The notes under the pieces are model-generated. The model did no database searches. It was given only the letters and a program-made list of their open reading frames with translations, and was not told the DNA's origin. Made by a program: the position numbers and the translations under genes. A stretch of 64,000 nucleotides of DNA from Desulfobacterales bacterium (GTDB lineage Bacteria; Desulfobacterota; Desulfobacteria; Desulfobacterales; UBA5852), in contig CAXXVS010000001.1 in assembly GCA_963674755.2 (NCBI GenBank), positions 1 to 64,000 on the forward strand. Direction: 5' to 3'. Positions 19,668-27,713 of this stretch are shown piece by piece. How positions within the stretch are numbered: the stretch's first letter is position 1; each line of letters opens with the position of its first letter.

Positions 19668-22184
19668 ATGGCCAAACCGCCGCCTTCCATCGTGAAACGC
19701 TCCATTTATTCGTGGATCATGGGTCCCAACACCAAGCTGCAGCTGGTGGTGCTGGTGCTGATTGCCGTGACCGTGTTTGCCCGGGTGCTGCCCCTGGAGA
19801 TGCAGAAGCGCATCGTCAATGAGGCTATCCGGCTGCGCCAGGTCGATCTGCTGATTCGCTATTGCACGATTTACCTGGTATCCGTGCTGGTCGCCAGCGG
19901 TCTTAAATATCTGATCACCATCCTGCAAGTGATGATCAGCCAGCGCACCCTGACCCGTATGCGCAAGGATCTGTTTGCGCATATTATTTCCCTGCCCTTG
20001 GGTTTTTTCCGCAATACCCAACCCGGACTGGTGGTGTCCTCCCTGGTTTCCGAGCTGACGCTGCCGTCCAATTTCGTGGGGATGGCCGTAGCGGTGCCGG
20101 TCATCAACCTGCTGACCCTGGTGGCGTTTGCCGGCTATCTTTTTTATCTCAACGCCTGGCTGGCCGCCCTGTCCCTGTCGATCTATCCGGCGGTCGTGTT
20201 CCTGGTGCCTCTGCTCCAGCGCAGGGCCAACCAGGCCAACAAGGAACGGGTGGATGTCACCCGCGATCTTTCCGATCGGGTCCAGGAGACCATTTCCGGC
20301 ATCCATGAAGTCCACGGCAATGCGGCCTACGCGATCGAGAATGCCAAGATCGGCCGCATTGCCGATCAGCTCTACCGCATCCGTTTGCGCTGGGATTTCT
20401 TCCGGGCCAGCATCAAGGTGTCCAATAATTTCTTTATCAGCCTGGGCCCCTTTCTCATTTTTATCCTGGGGGGCTATCTGACCATCCAGGGGCGACTGGA
20501 ACTGGGCGCCCTGGTGGCCTTCCTCTCGGCCCAGGAAAAGCTTTACGATCCCTGGAAGGAACTGATCGAGTTCTTCCAGGCCTACCAGGACGGCAGCGTC
20601 ACCTACGAGAAGACCATGCGCTATTTCGACAGCGAGCCCGAGTTTGCCCTGGCGCCCTCCGACCGTGCACCCTACCAGCTCGAAGGCAACGTGGATGTCA
20701 AAAACCTTAGCTTCATTACCGGTGACGGCATCCGGCTGCTGGACCGCATTTCTTTTGATCTCAAGGCCGGTCAGCACGTGGCGCTGGTGGGGTTTTCCGG
20801 CAGCGGCAAAAGTACCCTGGCTTTGTGCGTGGGACAGCTCTATGATTACACGGACGGACAAGTATTGCTGGGCAACGCCGAAGTCCGCGAGTTGACCAAA
20901 AAGGATATGGCCTGGAACATGGGATTCGTCTCCCAGACGCCTTTTATTTTCGACGGCACGATCCAGGAAAACCTGCTCTATTCCTGCCGTGCGGCCGATG
21001 ACAATACCCCGGCAGCCGCCGAACAGTTCCGGCCGTCCCTGGAGGACATGATCGAGGTTCTGCACCAGACCGGGATTTTTGTCGACACCCTGCGTTTCGG
21101 GCTGAACGCGATGCTCGATGCGGACCGCGACAGCACGCTCGTGGAACAGCTGGTCAAGGTGCGCCGAAATTTCCGCCGGCAGTTCGGTGAGACGCTGTCG
21201 GGATTTGTGGAGTTTTTTGACGAGGACCGCTACCTCTATCATTCCAGTGTGGCTGCCAATCTGCTGTTTGGCACCTCCAAACGCAGGGACTTCAAGACAG
21301 CGAAGCTTGCTGAGAATCCCTATTTCATTGCCTTTCTGGAAAAGGCCGACCTCAAGCGCCCCCTGATGGAGCTGGGCGCCGATCTGGCGCGACAAACCGT
21401 GGACATCTTGGGCAATCTACCCCCTGACAAGGTGTTTTACGAGCAAAGCCCCATCGCTCCGGAGGAACTCGACGATTTCAAACTGCTGGCCCAGCAGACA
21501 CGGCGTCGCAAGCTGCATCAGTTGACCTCCGATGAACGCCACAAGCTGCTGGGGCTGGCCCTAAGGTTTATTCCCGGACGGCACAAGATGGTTTCCTTCC
21601 CCGATCTTCTGGAACGGCTGATTCTGGAAGGACGCTTCCTGTTCAAGAATCAGATCATCGAGGATTATCCGGGGGCATTTGCCTTTTACGACGAGGGGGA
21701 ATATATTTTTTCACAGACGATCCAGAACAATATTTTCTTCGGCAAGCCCAAAACCACCAGCGCCAAGGCGCAGGATCATATCGTCCAGAACATTATTCAG
21801 CTGCTGATCGAAGAAGACCTTCTGGAAACGATCGTCGGGATCGGCATGCAGTTCCAGGTGGGCAGCAAGGGGGATAAGCTCTCCGGGGGACAGCGTCAGA
21901 AGCTGGCGATTGCGCGGGTTTTTCTCAAATCACCGCGTCTGCTGATCATGGATGAGGCCACTTCCGCGCTGGATAACAATTCCCAGGCCCGCATCCAAAA
22001 TTTCCTGGACCGGCGTTTGAAAGGCAAGACGACCGTGATTGCGGTGGTGCATCGGCTGGACATCATCAAAGACTATGACAAGGTGGCGGTGATGAAAGCC
22101 GGCAAGTTGATCGAAATGGGTACCTATGAAGAATTGATGGACCGAAAAGGAGCACTCCATGGACTCATCCACGGAAAAAAATAG
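19668..22184 (+). CDS. Type IV ABC exporter (TMD + NBD) with a large insertion inside the NBD
   Basis: N-terminal hydrophobic helices, Walker A GFSGSGKST and Q-loop VSQTP. LSGGQRQ, LLIMDEATSALD and VVHRL occur only about 300 aa later. RBS AGGAG. Confidence 0.9.
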   Translation: MAKPPPSIVKRSIYSWIMGPNTKLQLVVLVLIAVTVFARVLPLEMQKRIVNEAIRLRQVDLLIRYCTIYLVSVLVASGLKYLITILQVMISQRTLTRMRKDLFAHIISLPLGFFRNTQPGLVVSSLVSELTLPSNFVGMAVAVPVINLLTLVAFAGYLFYLNAWLAALSLSIYPAVVFLVPLLQRRANQANKERVDVTRDLSDRVQETISGIHEVHGNAAYAIENAKIGRIADQLYRIRLRWDFFRASIKVSNNFFISLGPFLIFILGGYLTIQGRLELGALVAFLSAQEKLYDPWKELIEFFQAYQDGSVTYEKTMRYFDSEPEFALAPSDRAPYQLEGNVDVKNLSFITGDGIRLLDRISFDLKAGQHVALVGFSGSGKSTLALCVGQLYDYTDGQVLLGNAEVRELTKKDMAWNMGFVSQTPFIFDGTIQENLLYSCRAADDNTPAAAEQFRPSLEDMIEVLHQTGIFVDTLRFGLNAMLDADRDSTLVEQLVKVRRNFRRQFGETLSGFVEFFDEDRYLYHSSVAANLLFGTSKRRDFKTAKLAENPYFIAFLEKADLKRPLMELGADLARQTVDILGNLPPDKVFYEQSPIAPEELDDFKLLAQQTRRRKLHQLTSDERHKLLGLALRFIPGRHKMVSFPDLLERLILEGRFLFKNQIIEDYPGAFAFYDEGEYIFSQTIQNNIFFGKPKTTSAKAQDHIVQNIIQLLIEEDLLETIVGIGMQFQVGSKGDKLSGGQRQKLAIARVFLKSPRLLIMDEATSALDNNSQARIQNFLDRRLKGKTTVIAVVHRLDIIKDYDKVAVMKAGKLIEMGTYEELMDRKGALHGLIHGKK

Positions 22185-22686
22185 TGCCGGCGGCACATGC
22201 GAATTCCAGCAGAATCTTGAAATTCTGCGACAGACGCAATTTTTTGCAGGCCTTCCGATGGAGACCCTGAAGGTGTTTGCATATCTATGCACCCGTGAAT
22301 CATTTGCCGCCCAGGACTGTCTCTATGACAAGGATGACGATGACGGCCAGGCCTTCTACATCCTTAGCGGTCAACTGGTGCTGGTGCATGACACCGACGG
22401 GGGGGAGGCCGTAATACGGGATTTTGGGCCCGGCGACTTTATCGGCGGACTGGCTCTGCTGGCACCCATGCGACGGCTTTTCGCCCTCAAGGCCGGGCAG
22501 GCAACCGATTGTCTCGTGCTCAGCCGGGAGAAGTTCGCCAAGGCGATCGGCCAATTCCCGGAACTGATCCCCAGGGTTTTCAAGTCGATGGCCGACAGCA
22601 TCCGCGATTGGGACCAGCAGCGCCTCTTTGAAGCGACGGAAAAAGGATTATCATTGAAGGACATGGTCGGTATCAGTGCAATCTGA
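22159..22686 (+). CDS. Stand-alone cyclic-nucleotide-binding (Crp N-terminal-like) domain protein
   Basis: LRQTQFFAGL...FYILSGQL...FGPGDFIGGLALL..MRR..LKA...CLVLSREKF. No obvious C-terminal HTH. Overlaps the end of the ABC exporter. Confidence 0.8.
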   Translation: MDSSTEKNSAGGTCEFQQNLEILRQTQFFAGLPMETLKVFAYLCTRESFAAQDCLYDKDDDDGQAFYILSGQLVLVHDTDGGEAVIRDFGPGDFIGGLALLAPMRRLFALKAGQATDCLVLSREKFAKAIGQFPELIPRVFKSMADSIRDWDQQRLFEATEKGLSLKDMVGISAI

Positions 22687-22727
22687 TGCATTTCTCCCAA
22701 CCTGATGACGCTGGCTATACGAAACCG

Positions 22728-23138
22728 ATGGGAACCTTATCATTTGAATTAAAAAACCAGCTGTCTGAACTGGATAAGCTCTGTGACCATCTCAGGCAGT
22801 TCTGCCAGGACTGTGGCGTTTCCAAGCGACAGACTTTCGAGATCAACCTGGCATTGGATGAGCTGTTTACCAACATCATTTCCCACGGTTTTGAAGATGA
22901 TGCCGAGCATCATGTCAATGTCACCTGTAAAAACGAAGACGGCGTACTCAAGATTACCATCGAGGATGACGGCATCCCCTTCAATCCGGCGGCGGCTCCC
23001 CATCCGAATTTGAAGTGTGCCTTCAAGGATCGGGAGATCGGCGGCCTGGGAATTCATCTGATTCGATCCTACATGGACTGTATCGAATACAGTCGACGCG
23101 GCGGGAAGAATATTCTTATCCTGACCAAGACGCTCTGA
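22728..23138 (+). CDS. RsbW/SpoIIAB-like anti-sigma factor / Ser kinase (HATPase_c_2)
   Basis: LALDELFTNIISHG, IEDDGIPFNP and GGLGIHLIR. Alternative start at 22686. Confidence 0.9.
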   Translation: MGTLSFELKNQLSELDKLCDHLRQFCQDCGVSKRQTFEINLALDELFTNIISHGFEDDAEHHVNVTCKNEDGVLKITIEDDGIPFNPAAAPHPNLKCAFKDREIGGLGIHLIRSYMDCIEYSRRGGKNILILTKTL

Positions 23139-23206
23139 CGGGCGGCCTGGGAAGGCGGATATGGTTCAGCAGGCCTGCAGGAAGGCCATCGTCGAAGGAG
23201 GAAAGT

Positions 23207-23539
23207 ATGGACATTACCGAAACCAAACATGATAACTATAGTATTTTTAAGCTCAACGGCCGGCTGGATTCGAACACGGCTACGGGTTTCGAGCAAAAGC
23301 TTTTCGAGTGCATTGAAAACGGAACCCAGCGGCTGATATTGGATTTCCAGGATCTGGACTACATTTCCAGCGCCGGCCTGCGGGTCATCCTCAAGGCCAC
23401 CAAAAATCTGAAAAATTCCCAGGGGAAACTGGTTCTCTGCGCCATGCAGGATTATGTCAAGGAAGTCTTTGAGATATCCGGTTTCGATTCCTTTCTGCCC
23501 ATTACAGCCACCCTGGATGATGCGCTCAGGTCGGTATGA
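23207..23539 (+). CDS. STAS-domain anti-sigma factor antagonist (RsbV/SpoIIAA-like)
   Basis: GRLD...LDFQDLDYISSAGLRV with the phospho-acceptor Ser, and VFEISGF. RBS AAGGAGGA before ATG 23207. Confidence 0.92.
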   Translation: MDITETKHDNYSIFKLNGRLDSNTATGFEQKLFECIENGTQRLILDFQDLDYISSAGLRVILKATKNLKNSQGKLVLCAMQDYVKEVFEISGFDSFLPITATLDDALRSV

Positions 23540-23612
23540 ACCGAATTCCCCATCGGTCGGCCGTCAACCCACTCCGCGTTTGCCGTTAATGCCCTGTTGC
23601 GCCTATCCGGCG

Positions 23613-24023
23613 CTAACCGCCGCCGTTTTGATGCCCCGCCCGTGCCGGTGCCATCCCGATGATGCCCCGCCGTCCCAGTTCCCGCAGGAAGCGGGTCACG
23701 GCGGCTTCGGCTTCTTTGGGATGCACCCGGGTTTGGCGGGCAAATTGACTGGCAATCGCCTGAACGGAGCGCTTCCCATCGATCAACTCCCAGGTGCGGG
23801 TCCCCAGTTCATCCAACTCCAGTTGGCGGGCAGGCGGTGTGGTCGACGCCGCCCCAAACCGTTTGGCCAGTTCGGCGATCCATGGCTTGACCACGAGCGG
23901 ATAGCGCAAGCGGATGACGCCGGCTGCGGTGCGATGGGCGCTTACGGCCTCGCTTTTTACCGGGATACAGGCCAGGGCCTCATTCCTGGAAAGGGCGGGC
24001 CTCTTCTTTTTGAACAATCCCAT
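23613..24023 (-). CDS. PqqD/RRE-like peptide-binding domain protein
   Basis: LELDELGTRTWELIDGKRSVQAIA...FLRELGRRGII is the PqqD winged-helix pattern. Probable start MGLFKKK at 24023. Confidence 0.78.
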   Translation of the reverse strand: MGLFKKKRPALSRNEALACIPVKSEAVSAHRTAAGVIRLRYPLVVKPWIAELAKRFGAASTTPPARQLELDELGTRTWELIDGKRSVQAIASQFARQTRVHPKEAEAAVTRFLRELGRRGIIGMAPARAGHQNGGG

Positions 24024-24903
24024 AGGAACGGCATATCCTCTCGAAGGTTGCCTGGTCGGCCAAGCCCTCCACCCGCACGGCCAGGATGCGGTTGGCCCGG
24101 GAGCGGTGCCAGATACGTAACGCGTTGAGGGAATCGGGCGCCGACCGTCGCCAGAGCGCGCGCAGGCCCCTTCGCAGGTCTTTGACGCGCCATTGCCATT
24201 CGACCGTGTCCTCCACATATCGATAGGCTTCCATGGCAGCGGCCGGCGGGAGCAAGCCCATTTTCCCCGCCAGCCGTTTCAGATCCCCACCGCATCCGGC
24301 AAGCATCACATCGGCCGGACTCCAGCGCAACAGGGTCACACCTTCCCCTGAATGGTCGAAGCGCAGGGAGAAACGGCCGGCCTCGAACTGAAACTGCCGG
24401 AGCGTAAAGCGTTTGGGCAGGGTGGCGCGGATATCGTAGACGGCCAAGGACGGATCGGCATCCGGCCCATGGTCCCGGAAGGTCTTCAGCACCAGGGCCG
24501 CACTGCAAGAGACACCCTCGCCGTGGTCATAAAATTGGATCAGGGTGGCGCGGCGGCGGTTCCGGCAGAAATGGACGAGCCCCTGGCCTCCCACCCGGGG
24601 GCCCTGCCAGCTGAAGGCGCCCACCTGGGCGTCGGGTGGAAAGGCCGGCCATTCGGGCGGCATTGGCATCGGTTGCAGGGATGGGACGCCTTTGTTACGG
24701 CCCATCCGGGCCAGCTGCTTCAGGTGACGCGGCAGTGAAAAATGGCCCCGGATGACAGCGGTCTTCAATTCCATCACCGGACGGGATCGATATTCCAGTA
24801 AGGCATAGCCAGCTCCCAGAACACCGGTTTCCCACGCCGCCGGAATCCGCATGGCAATGCCGCACCAGGCAAAGGGTTGCGTAGCGCCTGGGCGACAACT
24901 CAT
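23980..24903 (-). CDS. Hypothetical cytoplasmic protein
   Basis: 307 aa ORF, co-oriented with the operon and overlapping the PqqD-like gene start. No signal peptide or TM segment evident. Confidence 0.7.
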   Translation of the reverse strand: MSCRPGATQPFAWCGIAMRIPAAWETGVLGAGYALLEYRSRPVMELKTAVIRGHFSLPRHLKQLARMGRNKGVPSLQPMPMPPEWPAFPPDAQVGAFSWQGPRVGGQGLVHFCRNRRRATLIQFYDHGEGVSCSAALVLKTFRDHGPDADPSLAVYDIRATLPKRFTLRQFQFEAGRFSLRFDHSGEGVTLLRWSPADVMLAGCGGDLKRLAGKMGLLPPAAAMEAYRYVEDTVEWQWRVKDLRRGLRALWRRSAPDSLNALRIWHRSRANRILAVRVEGLADQATFERICRSYGIVQKEEARPFQE

Positions 24904-25053
24904 GCCCGCTCCGCTCTAAACGGCAACGGGATGCGGTTCGCAAACAACCGACCAGGCGTTTTCCGGCGGATGAATCTGTTGGCCGCACAGTCTGTCCGCA
25001 TACGGGTATGTGGGGTGCTATCTTCCAGGCGGATCGGCATTCTGCGGTACCGT

Positions 25054-25674
25054 TTATTGCGGGAGAAAGCGTTGCCAGTCTTTCTTCGTCATGGATCTCA
25101 GGGGTGGCAAGCGATCCCCGGGGGCTGTTTTTTCAGGGGGCTGACGGTCGAGATCGCATTGACGCTCTTCGTCTATGGCACTCAGTTGGGTGAGCTTGAT
25201 GGAATTGCCGAATTTTTCCTCTTCATCCCGATCATTATGGCTCAGATGAAGGGTGATCTTTTGGCCGTCCGCATCGATGAAAGACCATTTCCAATCAATG
25301 ACGATATGGAAGGGGTCGCCCTCGTAGGAGGTGGGTTTCCCGAAGCGTCGCTCCACACGGGCCAGCAGCGCATCGTAGAAGGCACGGCTGGCGTCGGCGT
25401 ATTTCAGTTTAATCCGTACGATGGTGCCGGGATGGGCACAGTCGCCATAAGCGATCAAGCCGCCTTTGAATCCGGGCTGGGGGGCGATTTCCACTTCCCG
25501 CAGGTATTCCTGGTAGCGCAGCGGGAGAGCCGTATCCATGAGGAGGCGGTCGCGTAGGGAAGCGATGTTCTGGCCGAGGGTGAAGCCCGCCACAGTATGG
25601 GGAACGTCGCCGGCCTGGCTGGGGGCGGCCACGAGTGTAATGAAAATGGCAAGAATGATGGCCAGAGGTTTCAT
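25054..25674 (-). CDS. Exported hypothetical protein
   Basis: Sec-type signal MKPLAIILAIFITLVAAPSQA, RBS GAGGGGG, hydrophilic mature region. Confidence 0.8.
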   Translation of the reverse strand: MKPLAIILAIFITLVAAPSQAGDVPHTVAGFTLGQNIASLRDRLLMDTALPLRYQEYLREVEIAPQPGFKGGLIAYGDCAHPGTIVRIKLKYADASRAFYDALLARVERRFGKPTSYEGDPFHIVIDWKWSFIDADGQKITLHLSHNDRDEEEKFGNSIKLTQLSAIDEERQCDLDRQPPEKTAPGDRLPPLRSMTKKDWQRFLPQ

Positions 25675-25732
25675 AATTTCCCCCTCATGTGGATGCGGAC
25701 GGATTCGCACGAGCGGTATACCCGCGTCTTTC

Positions 25733-27694
25733 TCAATATGCCAATCGCTGCAAGGATTTCAAGATCAGGGTGAACCCCATGGCGAACATACCCGTGAGTC
25801 CCATGCCGCATGAAAAGCCAGCCAAAAGCACCGGCGCATACTGCCGCCACATGGTCCCGTAACGCTTTAAAAAGAAAAAGCGTCCCAGGAGCGCGCCCGC
25901 CACCTCCAGAATCAGGCCATGGGGGGCACTTTGCCCCAGGCCGCGCACTACCCCGTAAATCAGCAGAATCGGGAGCCCCAGCAGGGTCAATATCATGTAG
26001 GTGACCACACCGAACCCGAAACCCGACAACAGGGAGGAGGCGCTGAGGGCCTGGAAAAAAAGGGAGTTGCCTTCGAGGGTCGCGGTCTGCATGAGCAGGG
26101 TGTTCAGGGCCTGCAGATGCCAGAGCTGCTGGGCATAGGGATAGCTGCCCGAGGGGATCGGGGCCAGGCGCCATATGAACTGGGAAAACAGCAGGCTGGC
26201 GGTCATCACCACCGGGAACACCACGATTTCGGCCTTGATAATGCCGCGGATGCTGGTTCCGGTCAGTTCGATCTGCCTGAAATTCACTGTCGCTTCCCCA
26301 TAATTGTGGATGGGGATGGGGGCGTACCAGATTTCGATGCCCTGGTAGCCGAAAAATTTGGCGCCGGCAATAAAGCTGGCCTCCCGGATGAGGGGCAGGC
26401 TGACAAATTGACCGGCAATGCCCTCCATGCGGGCCGTGATATAGGATACGATGGGGGTGTAAACGAATCCGTAGCAGACAAAGAAAATCCACGGAAAGCT
26501 GGGCACGAGCCACAGGCAAAGACCGATATAGGACAGGGTGGAGAAGACATAGATGCCGATGGAGATCCAGAAATTGAAATCCCCGCGGCCGGGGGGCGGA
26601 TTGAAAAGATCCTTCAGCGATCCGCGGCTCTGGGAGGCCTCCCGCTGGAAGGACTTGATGACATGCCAGATGCCGATGGCGGCAATGGCCAATCCCAACC
26701 CGATACCGAAGCTCATGTAAAAATCGAAATTGTTGGCAAAGATGGTATCGACGGTCCCCATGCCCGGATGCCAGCGGTGCAGGATGCCGTGCCGGAAGAG
26801 AATCGGGTTGGCCACAAAGGTGACGAGCAAGCCCAACAGCCCCCCCATGACCGCCCAGAACGGCAGCACCATCCCGACGAAAAGCAGCCCCAGGTCCAAT
26901 TGAATACCGGTGGCCACGGCCGGTAGAACATCTTCGGTGTGGAGGGTCAGATCGATCCAGGGGATGGGGATCAGCCGGATGGGCTGGGTGAACAATAAGG
27001 CCGAGACGGTGGGCAGCAGGACATAAATGGCGCCGAACAACAGCCCGATCATGCCCCCGATGGAGAAGACCCGCCATTTCCAGCCGGTTTTGCGGTCCTC
27101 GGTGGATTCGGCCAGGGCCATGGTGCCCAGGGCGCCCACGGGCGCCATGGGGAACGGCAGTTTTTCCACGTCCGAGGTGATGCGGTAGAGGGCATAGCCC
27201 AGACCGAACTGATCGATGCGCTGGATGATCTGGGCCCCGATCAGCAGCAGAATGGGGATCAGCCAGTCGCGATGAAAAAAGGTGCGCTCGACCAGGGAAT
27301 CCGAATTGACGGCCGGGGCGACCCAGTGGGGGATGAATTCGGTCAGACCGAGCATACGGGCGGCATCGGACTGAACGATGTATTGATTCCAGAGGAGCCC
27401 CTGAAAAGGGGACGCCATGGCCGCACCGGCCATGTAATAGAGCAGGAAGATTTCCTGCTGCTTGAGTTCGGTATAGGAGCGTTTGGCGATTTCCGCGAAA
27501 AGGATGATGGTCACCCAGCGGGCGGCCGGTCCGATGCCGCTGCCGATGACCAGTTGCAGGTACATGCTGCCCGGCATCATCAGGAAGCCGATGAAGATCG
27601 CCCCGACGACGGTCTTCCAGTCGAACCCCTCCTCGAAGTGGGTGGGGGGTTTGAGCAGATCCCGATACTCTTTGAGTTCCTTATCTTCGTACAT
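25733..27694 (-). CDS. Polytopic membrane protein, OPT-like putative peptide transporter
   Basis: Many hydrophobic helices, N-terminal FDWKTVVGAIFIG and an EKLPFP motif reminiscent of OPT transporters. Probable start MYEDKEL. Confidence 0.7.
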   Translation of the reverse strand: MYEDKELKEYRDLLKPPTHFEEGFDWKTVVGAIFIGFLMMPGSMYLQLVIGSGIGPAARWVTIILFAEIAKRSYTELKQQEIFLLYYMAGAAMASPFQGLLWNQYIVQSDAARMLGLTEFIPHWVAPAVNSDSLVERTFFHRDWLIPILLLIGAQIIQRIDQFGLGYALYRITSDVEKLPFPMAPVGALGTMALAESTEDRKTGWKWRVFSIGGMIGLLFGAIYVLLPTVSALLFTQPIRLIPIPWIDLTLHTEDVLPAVATGIQLDLGLLFVGMVLPFWAVMGGLLGLLVTFVANPILFRHGILHRWHPGMGTVDTIFANNFDFYMSFGIGLGLAIAAIGIWHVIKSFQREASQSRGSLKDLFNPPPGRGDFNFWISIGIYVFSTLSYIGLCLWLVPSFPWIFFVCYGFVYTPIVSYITARMEGIAGQFVSLPLIREASFIAGAKFFGYQGIEIWYAPIPIHNYGEATVNFRQIELTGTSIRGIIKAEIVVFPVVMTASLLFSQFIWRLAPIPSGSYPYAQQLWHLQALNTLLMQTATLEGNSLFFQALSASSLLSGFGFGVVTYMILTLLGLPILLIYGVVRGLGQSAPHGLILEVAGALLGRFFFLKRYGTMWRQYAPVLLAGFSCGMGLTGMFAMGFTLILKSLQRLAY

Positions 27695-27713
27695 CTTGAC
27701 GATCCGATCCGGA

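Noticed and set aside
24900..25040. 46 aa minus-strand ORF (MPIRLEDSTPH...RAERA) filling the gap in the operon, considered as a RiPP precursor for the PqqD-like protein
   Set aside because: No RBS, Arg/Pro-rich composition typical of non-coding GC DNA, no leader/core pattern and no maturase. Its ATGA overlap with the next gene is the only support.
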